A DNA stretch of 48,908 nt. Source: Roseomonas sp. Lineage in GTDB: Bacteria; Pseudomonadota; Alphaproteobacteria; Acetobacterales; Acetobacteraceae. Below, piece after piece: positions 28,836-37,470 of this stretch; positions within the stretch are counted from its first letter, which is position 1, and each line of letters opens with the position of its first letter. The stretch spans positions 1 to 48,908 of the forward strand of contig CAXVWQ010000507.1 of the NCBI GenBank assembly GCA_964263755.1, written 5' to 3'. The notes beneath the pieces were generated by a model that saw only the letters and a list, made by a program, of their open reading frames with translations, did no database searches and was not told the DNA's origin. Both the position numbers and the translations under genes were made by a program.

Positions 28836-29744
28836 ATGCCTGGTCGGACTGGGCGAGAGCCAGGGAGGGAACAACGCCATATCCAGTCGATCGAGGTCGG
28901 CTTCCGGCTGATCACCGTGTTGGAGGCCGCCAAGGCGAAGCTGCCGTTGAAGGTCGTCGCCGAACGCGCAGGCATGCCGGCGAGCAAGGCCCACCTCTAC
29001 ATGGTGAGCTTCACCCGCCTCGGCCTCGTCATGCAGGATCCCGTCAGCATGCGCTACGGCCTGGGCCCCTACGCCGTACAACTCGGCCTCGCCGGGATGC
29101 GGCAACTCGACGTGCTCGACGTCGCCCGGGGGCCGGCAGAGGCGCTGCAGCAACGGTGCGGCCTGTCCGCGTTCCTGTCCGTGTGGGGGAACATGGGACC
29201 CACCATCGTCACGCGGTTCGATGGGGATCTGGAAGTTCCCCTCCTGATCCGCGTGGGCCACGTGTTGCCCCTTCTCACCTCCGCGACGGGGCGGGTGTTC
29301 CTCGCATCGCTGCCCCGCCCGGGGCTCGAGGAGGTTCTCCTGCGGTTGGGAGGAGACGTAGGGACGCTTCCTGCCTCCATCGAGGCTGCGGCGGCCGAAC
29401 TGAGCGCCGATGGGGTAACCCGTTCGGACAGCCGCGTCTTCGACGGCTTCGCCGCCCTCTCCTCGCCCATCCGGGACAACGCCGGCACGGTCGCCGCGAC
29501 GATAACGCTCCTCGGGCTGAGGTCACGCGTCGATCTCGATGCCGAGGGGGCGCTGGCGGTCGATCTCCGGGGGACCTGTGCGGCCGTCGGTCGGAGTCTC
29601 GGCCACGGGACCGGCGAGGGCGGTCCCCTCGATCCCCGCCCGGCGGAGGACGAGGGCGGGAAGCGCGCACGCCGGCCGGGGCGGACAACGGGAGCGGTGC
29701 CGAGGATCGCTCGACGGAGCCGGGCCGGAGCAGCCGAGGGCTGA
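28836..29744 (+). CDS. IclR-family transcriptional regulator
   Basis: IQSIEVGFRLI, AGMPASKAHLYMVSF, YGLGPYAVQLG, SATGRVFLA. Confidence 0.9.
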   Translation: MPGRTGREPGREQRHIQSIEVGFRLITVLEAAKAKLPLKVVAERAGMPASKAHLYMVSFTRLGLVMQDPVSMRYGLGPYAVQLGLAGMRQLDVLDVARGPAEALQQRCGLSAFLSVWGNMGPTIVTRFDGDLEVPLLIRVGHVLPLLTSATGRVFLASLPRPGLEEVLLRLGGDVGTLPASIEAAAAELSADGVTRSDSRVFDGFAALSSPIRDNAGTVAATITLLGLRSRVDLDAEGALAVDLRGTCAAVGRSLGHGTGEGGPLDPRPAEDEGGKRARRPGRTTGAVPRIARRSRAGAAEG

Positions 29745-29761
29745 GCGACGGCGACCGGACG

Positions 29762-30742
29762 TCAGTCCGCCGTGACCCGGGAACTCGTGACGATGGACCG
29801 GTACACCTCCGCCTCGCGCGCGATGCGCCGCGCCATGTCGTCGGGGCTTCCCCCGACGCCCGTGGCGCCGAGCCTCGCGAGAAGCGCCTGGGCTTCGGGC
29901 CGCCGGAGCGCGACGCCGATCTCGCGGCTGAGGATCGCGACGACCGCGGGCGGGGTCGCGGCCGGTGCCGCGAAGCCCGTCCAGGCCCTGAGGGCAAGGG
30001 CGGGGTAGCCGAGTTCGGCCGCCGTCGGCACCGTCGGCAGGAGGGACGACCGCTCGCCCCCCGTGCTCATCAGCGGCACGACGCGGCCGCTCTCCGCATG
30101 CGCGGCGACGTTGGCGATGGCTTCGAAGAACACGTCCACCTGCCCGCCGATGAGATCGTTCATCGCCGGAGCGCCGCCGCGGTACGGAACGTGGATCAGT
30201 TCGACCCCCGTGACGCCCGCGAGCATCTGACCGAGCACGTGCGGGAACGTGCCGTTGCCGGCGGAAGCGAAGGTCACGGTCCCCGGCGACCGGCGCGCCG
30301 CCGCGACGAGGTCGGCAGCCGACCTGAACCCCGTCCTCGGGTTCGTGCACAGGATCATCGGCCCCTCCGAGGCGACGGTGACCGGCGCGAACGAGGCGAC
30401 CGGGTCATAGCCCGGCGAGCGATAAACGAATGGAGCGATCACGTAGGTGCTCGTGGTCCCGAAGAGGAGCGTGTGCCCGTCGGCCGCCGCCCCGGCGACG
30501 AAGGCGGCCCCGATCGTGCTGCCGGCGCCGCTCCGGTTCTCGATGACGAAGGGTTGGCCGAGGGTTTGCTGCAGGTGCTGCGCGATGACCCTGGCAATGG
30601 GGTCCGACTGCCCGCCGGGTGCGAAGGGACTGATGATGGTGACGGGCCGGGTGGGATAGGCGGCCTGGCCCTTGGCCACGTGCGCGCCGAGAACGGTCGC
30701 GGCCAACCCCAGGCCCACGTCGCGCCTTCCTGCCATCATCAT
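29762..30742 (-). CDS. Bug/TctC substrate-binding protein
   Basis: YPTRPVTIISPFAPGGQSD, IENRSGAGSTIG, HVPYRGGAPA; GGAGG RBS. Confidence 0.92.
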   Translation of the reverse strand: MMMAGRRDVGLGLAATVLGAHVAKGQAAYPTRPVTIISPFAPGGQSDPIARVIAQHLQQTLGQPFVIENRSGAGSTIGAAFVAGAAADGHTLLFGTTSTYVIAPFVYRSPGYDPVASFAPVTVASEGPMILCTNPRTGFRSAADLVAAARRSPGTVTFASAGNGTFPHVLGQMLAGVTGVELIHVPYRGGAPAMNDLIGGQVDVFFEAIANVAAHAESGRVVPLMSTGGERSSLLPTVPTAAELGYPALALRAWTGFAAPAATPPAVVAILSREIGVALRRPEAQALLARLGATGVGGSPDDMARRIAREAEVYRSIVTSSRVTAD

Positions 30743-31033
30743 TGCTCGCCTCCTCCGGTGACCGTGTTGTTCTTCGGGGTGCTGCACACCCCGTGCGGTG
30801 GCGGTGTTCCTGCGCCGCCTCACCCGGACCGGCGGCAGCGAGGACCTGGCAGCGCGGTTGCGCCGCGGACGCGCCCCTGCGACGCCGGCCCGGCGGTTCC
30901 CGGGCAGGATCGCCGGGTCGGAGTAGCCGGGGGCGTCCCCGCCTCTCGCGTGGCGGCACCATCGGGCATCAAGTGTGTCCAAGGCCGTGACGTGTCACCA
31001 AGTTGGCTCGATCGCTCGGTGATGGCAAGGGCA

Positions 31034-31068
31034 TTCAGCATTGCCGAACGAGATTGACTTATGCTGAA
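31034..31068. promoter_or_regulatory. Putative regulator operator upstream of monooxygenase
   Basis: Inverted repeat TTCAGCAT-N19-ATGCTGAA enclosing a TTGACT -35-like hexamer. Confidence 0.45.
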
Positions 31069-31106
31069 AGAGTTGGCCGCCACCACGGCCGTACGAAGGA
31101 GGGAAG

Positions 31107-32315
31107 ATGGCAGGAACGATGCAATCCACGCGCGTCGTGATCGCAGGGGCCGGGCTCGGTGGCCTCACCGCTGCCCTCGCCCTCCTGCGAAGGGGATTCG
31201 ACGTCGAGGTCTATGAGCAGGCTCCCGAACTCCAGGAGGTGGGCGCGGGAGTCCAGATCAGCGCGAACGCATCGCGCGTCCTCTACGCCCTCGGCCTCGG
31301 GGATGCCCTGGCGGAAACGTCTTGCGAGGCGAGCGGGAAGGAGATCCGGCTCTGGAGTTCGGGTCAGGCCTGGAAGCTGTTCGACCTCGGAGCCGAGTCG
31401 GTGTCCCGCTACGGCTATCCCTACTTCACCATGTTTCGGCCGGATCTCCACGCCGCGCTCCTCGACGCCGTCCGGCGCGAGAAGCCCGACGCCGTCCGGC
31501 TCGGGGCGAGGGTGGTCGGGCACGCGCAGACCGCCGATGGTGCGACGCTGCATCTCGAGGACGGCCGCAAGGTGGAAGGCGACGTGCTTGTCGGCGCCGA
31601 CGGCATCCATTCGCGCATCCGCCAGGAACTCTTCGGCAAGCACGAGGCCATCTTCACCGGCATGATCGCGTGGCGCGGCGTCATCCCGATGGAGCGCTTG
31701 CCCATCCACATGCGCCGTAACGTCGCCACCAACTGGATCGGGCCGGGCCGTCACGTCATCCACTATCCCTTGCGACGCGGGGAGTTGATGAACTTCGTCG
31801 GCATCGTCGAGCGTGACGACTGGCAGGTGGAGTCGTGGACGGAGCGCGGCACGACGGAGGAACTCTCGGCCGACTTCGTGGGTTGGCACGGCGATGTGCA
31901 GGCCATGATCCAGGAGATCGGCACGCCCTACAAATGGGCGCTGAAGCTGCATCCGCCGCTTTCACGATGGTCCGAGGGAAGGGTGACGCTGCTCGGGGAC
32001 GCCTGTCACCCCACCCTCCCGATGATGGCGCAGGGTGCCGCACAAGCCATCGAGGATGGTCTCGTCCTCGCCCGCGCGCTGGAGGACGGCGGGGCCGACA
32101 TCCCGGCCGCCCTGCGACGGTATGAGGCCGCCCGTCTCGAGCGTGCGAACCGCATGGTGTTGGCCTCCTCGGAGAACGCCGCACGCTTCCACAATCCGGC
32201 ACTCGCCGAGCTTGAGGGCGCGCAGGCCTATGTCGAACGCGAGTGGGCGGAGGATCGGGTGCGGGACCGCTACGACTGGCTGTTCCGCTATCAGGCCGAA
32301 GCCGTGCCGTTCTGA
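31107..32315 (+). CDS. FAD-dependent monooxygenase (group A; salicylate hydroxylase/NicC-like)
   Basis: GAGLGG, EVGAGVQIS, GADGIHS, LLGDACHPTLPMMAQGAAQAIEDG. Confidence 0.9.
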   Translation: MAGTMQSTRVVIAGAGLGGLTAALALLRRGFDVEVYEQAPELQEVGAGVQISANASRVLYALGLGDALAETSCEASGKEIRLWSSGQAWKLFDLGAESVSRYGYPYFTMFRPDLHAALLDAVRREKPDAVRLGARVVGHAQTADGATLHLEDGRKVEGDVLVGADGIHSRIRQELFGKHEAIFTGMIAWRGVIPMERLPIHMRRNVATNWIGPGRHVIHYPLRRGELMNFVGIVERDDWQVESWTERGTTEELSADFVGWHGDVQAMIQEIGTPYKWALKLHPPLSRWSEGRVTLLGDACHPTLPMMAQGAAQAIEDGLVLARALEDGGADIPAALRRYEAARLERANRMVLASSENAARFHNPALAELEGAQAYVEREWAEDRVRDRYDWLFRYQAEAVPF

Positions 32316-32540
32316 GGGGCGACCGGAGTCGTGCGAGCCCGAGCGGCGGCTCACCAAGCCGCCGCGACGGGCAGGTCACGCGTGTCCACCGAAGCGGTCC
32401 CGAGAACCGTCATTTAGCAACCGAGGAACGATTCCCGATGATTCGGTTCTGTCAGGGCTCTCACCAGGGGGGGAGCCGTGTAGGCGGGCATAGGGGCTGC
32501 GGGTAGGCTCCGGGGGAGCAAGGCGGCTCGGGAGCCCGGG

Positions 32541-33386
32541 ATGGACTGCGTCGACTGCGGCTCAAGGGCCACCTCGGAGCGGCGGGACCGCACGGCGCAG
32601 GGCTACCGGCGCTTTCGACTGCCGCGATTGCGGCCGGGGGTTCAACGAGCGCAGTGGTGGCGCACTGAACCGAACGGGGTATCCGAGCGACGTGATCGCG
32701 CTGGTGGTGCTTTGGCGGCTGCGCTACCGGCTGACCCTGCGCGACCTGGCCGAGATGCTCCTCGTCCGCGGCTTTGTCTTCAGCCATGAGGCCGTCCGGG
32801 ACTGGGAGGCGAGGCTCACGCCCGTGCTGGCGGACGAACTTCGGCGTCGCCGTCACGGTAAGGGCGGAGCTGGCCGGCGCTCCTGGCACGTGGACGAAAC
32901 ATACCTGCGGGTCCGTGGGCGCTGGTGTTCTCCCTACCGCGCTAGCGACCGCAAAGGCGACCTGGTCGATACCATGTTGAGTGAGCACCGGGACATGGCG
33001 GCAGCGAAGGCGTTCTTCCGTTCCGCCAAGTCGGTCACTGGCATGACGCCCGATCGCGTCACCACCGACGGGCACCGACCCTACCCACGCGCGATCCGCT
33101 CGACACTGGGTCGGGGCGTGCAGCACCGGACCAGCCGGTTCAAGAACAACAGCCTGGAGCAAGATTATCGGGGCATCAAAGGCCGGATTCGATGTATGCG
33201 CGGCTTCGATGTATGCGCGGCTTCGGGGCTTTCGAGGCGGCCGCGAGGTTCTGCCGAGGCTACGATGAGCTACGCAACCATCTCCGTCCCAGCCCCCGTC
33301 ACGGCCAGCACGTTCCCACCAGCCGCCGACGTCTCGTCCACCTCCGTCGCGCGACCGCGGCACTCGCCATTCTGCAAGCCGCGTAG
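32541..33386 (+). pseudogene. IS6-family DDE transposase with N-terminal CxxC/CxxC zinc ribbon, two frameshifts
   Basis: MDCVDCGS...YRRFR/CRDCGRGFNERSG...WHVDETYLRVRGRW...VTTDGH...NNSLEQDYRGIK; extra base near 32619 and a 17-bp duplication at 33188-33221. Confidence 0.85.
33188..33221 (+). repeat. Perfect 17-bp tandem duplication
   Basis: TTCGATGTATGCGCGGC twice in tandem. Confidence 0.95.
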
Positions 33387-33445
33387 GCCGGACTGGCGCA
33401 CCATGCGCGCCCCGTGCCCGCCTTGGCGCGAGCGCTTACAGAACC

Positions 33446-33495
33446 CCCCTGCTTGTCGGTGGACACTCGGTAGTAGACGACGAAGCGGGTTACGG
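33446..33495 (-). pseudogene. 5' stub of a serine recombinase cut by the IS6 end
   Basis: TRFVVYYRVSTDKQG runs directly into the IS6 right inverted repeat; YxRVST is the serine recombinase catalytic motif. Confidence 0.7.
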
Positions 33496-33661
33496 GGGCT
33501 GCGCGGGTCCGGGCTGTGTCGTCAAGGCCACTATCATCCCCCTCCCCGGCCCGTTTTACAATCTCAAAGGACCGGACCCTGTTGGCGAAGTCGGCAGCCC
33601 TGGTGTCACTCTCCGAAGGCGGCTGCAACAAATTGCTAAAGTGGGCCTCAGTGCCAGGTCG

Positions 33662-34210
33662 TCACACGCGGCGGAATGTGCCGGGGTAGTCTAGGACCAA
33701 GCCATCCGTGTCCACCGGCAGCTCGCCGACATAGCCCCGGAACAGCCCCTCGTAGCGGTAAAGCCGTCCTGCTTCGAGGCAGGTGTAGCGTTGCCGGACC
33801 GGCTCCGGTGCGAGCGCGGGCACCGCGACGTAGGCGACCAAGATCTCGCGCGCCTCGCCCAACGCAAGGCCGAGCCTGCGAATGGGCAGGGTGTTGGTGA
33901 AGGGCGTCGCTGAAATGTCGATATCCATGCATCCCTGCAGCGCCTCAACAGGACATCCCTTGCTGTCCTGCCAATTGCCCTCACCGTCGCTGCGCAGATG
34001 CAGGTGGCGGTCCTCGCCGGCGAGGGACAGCACGGCTTCCCGCACGCGCCAGAGGGGGTCGCAGGCGACGCGGTAATGCAGGCCGTATGGCGTGCCGTGG
34101 CGCGCGCCGACCACCACGCCTTCGGCAGCAACGCCTTCCACTGTGCTGCGGAGGCTGAGGTGCTCGGCGCCGATGCCCTCAGCTGGCGCCCAACGGACGA
34201 CACGGTCCAT
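33662..34210 (-). CDS. Putative glycolipid-binding domain protein (DUF1089-like)
   Basis: GAEHLSL, YRVACDPLWRVR, GCMDIDISATPFTNTLPIRRLGL, QRYTCL, VDTDGLVLDYPGTFRR. Confidence 0.8.
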   Translation of the reverse strand: MDRVVRWAPAEGIGAEHLSLRSTVEGVAAEGVVVGARHGTPYGLHYRVACDPLWRVREAVLSLAGEDRHLHLRSDGEGNWQDSKGCPVEALQGCMDIDISATPFTNTLPIRRLGLALGEAREILVAYVAVPALAPEPVRQRYTCLEAGRLYRYEGLFRGYVGELPVDTDGLVLDYPGTFRRV

Positions 34211-34211
34211 G

Positions 34212-34781
34212 TCAGCACGGTCCGGCAGCAGCTGCGGCATCCAGCGCGCGGTAGAGCGTCGCGTGGTGGCAGCGCAGCACCTTGACCGCCGCGCGCACGG
34301 AGGTGCCCTCGTGCACCAGCCGGCGGCCAAGGGCGACCTGGTCCGGGGTGAGGGAGGGCGGCCGCCCAAAGCGCACGCCGCGCTGCTTGGCCACCTCGCG
34401 CCCTGCGCTGGTCCGGCTCAGGATCAGCGCCCGTTCGAACTCGGCGATGCCGGCGAACACGGTCAGCATCATCCGGCCCGCGGGCGAGGTGGTGTCCGCC
34501 CAAGGCTCGGCCAGGCTGCGCAGCCCGGCGTCCACGTCGCGCAGCCGCTCGGCGATGTCGAGCAGGTCGCGCGTCGAGCGGGCCAGCCTGTCGAGGCGCG
34601 CGACCACGACCACGTCTTCCTCGCGCACTTGGTCGAGCAGCCGGTCCAGCTCCGGCCGACTGCGCCGCGCCCCGGACACCTTCTCCGCATAGACCCGCCG
34701 GCAGCCAGCCTCGCGCAGCCCCCGGCGCTGGAGCGCCAGGTCCTGGTCGTCGGTGGACACGCGGGCGTAGCCGAGGAGCAT
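34212..34781 (-). CDS. Serine recombinase (resolvase/invertase) with C-terminal HTH
   Basis: MLLGYARVSTDDQDL, EKVSGA, VARLDRLARS, DTTSPAGRMM, AEFERALI, GVRFGRP, ATLYRAL. Confidence 0.95.
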   Translation of the reverse strand: MLLGYARVSTDDQDLALQRRGLREAGCRRVYAEKVSGARRSRPELDRLLDQVREEDVVVVARLDRLARSTRDLLDIAERLRDVDAGLRSLAEPWADTTSPAGRMMLTVFAGIAEFERALILSRTSAGREVAKQRGVRFGRPPSLTPDQVALGRRLVHEGTSVRAAVKVLRCHHATLYRALDAAAAAGPC

Positions 34782-34799
34782 GGGCGGAGACGGTCCGGC

Positions 34800-34860
34800 A
34801 GAGTGGTGCAGAACTGTATCGGAAGGCCGCCCTTCTGCAACGGACTTCTGCGACGCGCGA
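34800..34860. promoter_or_regulatory. Candidate res site upstream of the resolvase
   Basis: TGCAGAA (34807-34813) and TTCTGCA (34833-34839) inverted pair, plus TTCTGCG (34846-34852), immediately upstream of the recombinase start. Confidence 0.5.
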
Positions 34861-35116
34861 AGTGCCCGTCCCGCCTGGCTCGGTGTTCCTGCCGCGGAAC
34901 TTGGAAGTTGCGCGACACCCAACCGCCAGGTCACCGGCTGGGGTGGCTGCCCAGCCGCCGCAGCACGTAGCGCACCGCCTCGCGCGCCGCGTCCATCGCC
35001 TGCTGCTCTCCCGGCGTACCGGCGCTGTCGTGCGCCCGCTGCACCAGGTGGGCCATCTGGGATTGGGATTGCCCCGGCTTCATGGACACCGATGATGCTT
35101 TCACACGAGGTGTCCC

Positions 35117-35461
35117 ATGGTCGCCAGAACACATCCCCCGTATTCGCCGGAGTTCCGGCGCCAGATCGTCGAGTTGGTGCGTGCCGGGCGTGACCCGGTG
35201 AGCCTCTCGCGCGAGTTCGAGCCGTCCGTGCAGGCGATCCGCAAGTGGGTCGTGGCAGCTGACCGGCAGGAGGGTCGGCGAGATCCGAAACCCGCATCGG
35301 CTCCGGCCGGTGACGCGCTGACGACGGCGGAGCGAGATGAGCTGGCCCGGCTGCGGCGCGAGAACCGCCAGCTCCGAGTGGAGCGCGACATTCTCTCTCG
35401 AGCGGCGGCTCGGTTCGCGAGGGAGACCGGGGCGATCCCATCCGGGTCTTCCGGTTCATGA
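35117..35461 (+). CDS. IS3 transposase OrfA
   Basis: YSPEFRRQIVELVRAG...AIRKWV HTH and ELARLRRENRQLRVERDIL leucine zipper. Confidence 0.9.
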   Translation: MVARTHPPYSPEFRRQIVELVRAGRDPVSLSREFEPSVQAIRKWVVAADRQEGRRDPKPASAPAGDALTTAERDELARLRRENRQLRVERDILSRAAARFARETGAIPSGSSGS

Positions 35462-36321
35462 GCGCGAACCAGGCCTCCTTTCGGGTCGCGACGATGGCGC
35501 GTCTCTTCGGCGTCTCGCGGGCCGGTTACCACGCCTGGGCGAACCGCCCGCCCTCGGCCCATGCGGAGGCCGATGCGGTGCTGCTGGAGCGGATCCGGAC
35601 GGTGCACACCGCATCTCGCGAAACCTACGGCGCGCCGCGGGTCCACGCCGCGTTGCGCGCCGGAGGCGAGAGGCACGGCCGAAAGCGGATCGCGCGCCTC
35701 ATGCGCGGCGCCGGGCTTGTCGGCGCCAGCCACCGCCGGGGCGGGCCCGTGACGACGCGCCGTGACCGGGAGAGCCGACCGGCAGCCGACCTCGTGGACC
35801 GCGACTTCTCCGCTCTCGACCCGAACCGGCTGTGGGTGACAGACATCACCTTCATTCCGACAGCGGCCGGCTTCCTCTACCTCGCCGTCGTGCTCGACGC
35901 GTGGTCGCGGCGCATCGTCGGCTGGTCCATGGCGAACCATCTGCGGACCGAGCTCGTCCCCGACGCCCTCGAGATGGCCTTGGGACCGCGGCGCCCCGGC
36001 GACGTCATCATTCATTCGGACCAGGGGTCGCAGTTCACGTCTCTGGCCTTCGGCAACCCCTGCCGCGAGGCGGGCGTGCGGCCGTCCATGGGCTCGGTGG
36101 GCGACGCATACGACAACGCGATGTGCGAGAGCTTCTTCGCCGGCCTCGAATGCGAACTCCTCGCCCGCCGACGCTTCACCTCGCAAGCCGAGGCCCGCAT
36201 GGCCGTCTTCAGCTACATCGAGGGCTGGTACAATCCGCTCCGCCTTCACTCCGCCCTCGGCTACAAGTCCCCCGCTGCCTACGAGAAGGAGCAGACCCAG
36301 CCCGCCCCAGCACTCCCCTGA
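35458..36321 (+). CDS. IS3 transposase OrfB (DDE integrase core)
   Basis: YGAPRV, WVTDITFI, IIHSDQGSQF, DNAMCESFF, RLHSALGY; ATGA overlap with orfA. Confidence 0.92.
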   Translation: MSANQASFRVATMARLFGVSRAGYHAWANRPPSAHAEADAVLLERIRTVHTASRETYGAPRVHAALRAGGERHGRKRIARLMRGAGLVGASHRRGGPVTTRRDRESRPAADLVDRDFSALDPNRLWVTDITFIPTAAGFLYLAVVLDAWSRRIVGWSMANHLRTELVPDALEMALGPRRPGDVIIHSDQGSQFTSLAFGNPCREAGVRPSMGSVGDAYDNAMCESFFAGLECELLARRRFTSQAEARMAVFSYIEGWYNPLRLHSALGYKSPAAYEKEQTQPAPALP

Positions 36322-36364
36322 TCCGCAAATCCCGCAACCGTCCACGAACGCGGATCAATCCCAG

Positions 36365-37456
36365 TCACCGTGTGACCCGAAACCTCTCCATCGCCTGGGT
36401 GTCCACCTCCCAGCCTCCGCCCGGTTCTTGCGAAAGCAGGAGATGGCCGTCCGAGGTGCGAGTCACAGGGGTGCGATAGAAGCGCTCGGCGTGTGGGTCC
36501 ACCGAAGGGGCGTAGTACTCCGCGAGGGAGGCGTTGCGGATGGACGCCATGAGCGGAGCATGGACCTGCTGATCGCCGTGGCTGGAGACCACGAGCCCCG
36601 CGCTCTCGGCGAGCACCGCGATCCGGGCAAAGGCGCTTACACCGCCCGTCCAGCGGGCATCGGGCTGCAGGATCGCGACGGCGCCGGTGGCGATGAGGTC
36701 GCGGAAGCCCGAGAGGCCGTACTCCTGCTCACCGGCCGCGATCGGGAGCGACAGATGGCGGCCGACGCGCGCGTAGCCCTCGTAATCCTCTGGGCCAACC
36801 GGCTCCTCGAACCAGGCGATGTCGAACTCGGCCACCCTTGAGCCGAAGCAGATCGCTTCGTGTGCTCGATAGGCGCCGTTGGCATCGAGCATCAGAGCAA
36901 TCTCGGCGCCGAGCGTGGCGCGCGCCGCGCGCACCCGTGCCACGTCTTCCGTCATCGTGAGGCCGCCGACCTTGATCTTCACGCCACGCGCGCCGAGCGC
37001 CGCGTAGGACGCTACCTCCCGCTGCAGATCCGAGTGGGTCTTGCCGGCGCCGTAATAGCCGCCCGCGATGTAGAATGGCACCCGATCCGTGGCGCCGCCG
37101 AGGAGGCGGTGCAGCGGCATGCCAGCGCGCTTCGCCTTCAGGTCCCAGAGAGCGAGGTCCACCGAGGACAGGGCGTAATGCTCGTGGCCGCGGCGCCCGT
37201 AGAGTTTCGGATCGTCGAGGTGGGACCAGACGGCGGCGATCAGGTCGGCGTCCATGCCCACGAGCTCGCGCGCGAAGACCTCGCGGATGGCGACCTCGCC
37301 CGGCGAGGCGCCGCCAATGCCGACGCCGACGAGGCCGTCCTCCGTCTCGATGCTGAGGACGCATCGCCGGACCTCCGTCCAGGTATGGGTGCCGTTGCGG
37401 ATCGGCACGTCGCGCGGCCAGGCATAGTCGTCGCAGCGTACTTTCGTGATCCTCAT
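36365..37456 (-). CDS. Mandelate racemase/muconate lactonizing enzyme family protein
   Basis: SSVDLALWDLKAK, GVKIKVG (KxK), MLDANG, WFEEP, AAGEQE, SSHG. Confidence 0.9.
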   Translation of the reverse strand: MRITKVRCDDYAWPRDVPIRNGTHTWTEVRRCVLSIETEDGLVGVGIGGASPGEVAIREVFARELVGMDADLIAAVWSHLDDPKLYGRRGHEHYALSSVDLALWDLKAKRAGMPLHRLLGGATDRVPFYIAGGYYGAGKTHSDLQREVASYAALGARGVKIKVGGLTMTEDVARVRAARATLGAEIALMLDANGAYRAHEAICFGSRVAEFDIAWFEEPVGPEDYEGYARVGRHLSLPIAAGEQEYGLSGFRDLIATGAVAILQPDARWTGGVSAFARIAVLAESAGLVVSSHGDQQVHAPLMASIRNASLAEYYAPSVDPHAERFYRTPVTRTSDGHLLLSQEPGGGWEVDTQAMERFRVTR

Positions 37457-37470
37457 CCCCGGCCGTCCCC

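Larger units (their letters stand above)
32445..33445 (+). mobile_element. IS6-family insertion sequence (1001 bp), transposase inactivated
   Basis: Terminal inverted repeats GGTTCTGTCAGGGCTC (32445) and reverse complement GGTTCTGTAAGCGCTC (ending 33445), 14/16 match; no target duplication seen. Confidence 0.85.
35064..36363 (+). mobile_element. IS3-family insertion sequence (1300 bp)
   Basis: TG...CA ends; IRL TGGGATTGCCCCGGCTTCATGGAC vs IRR reverse complement TGGGATTGATCCGCGTTCGTGGAC (19/24); orfA/orfB arrangement. Confidence 0.92.

Noticed and set aside
32445-36363. Composite transposon bounded by IS6 and IS3
   Set aside because: Different IS families with unrelated ends and no shared target duplication.
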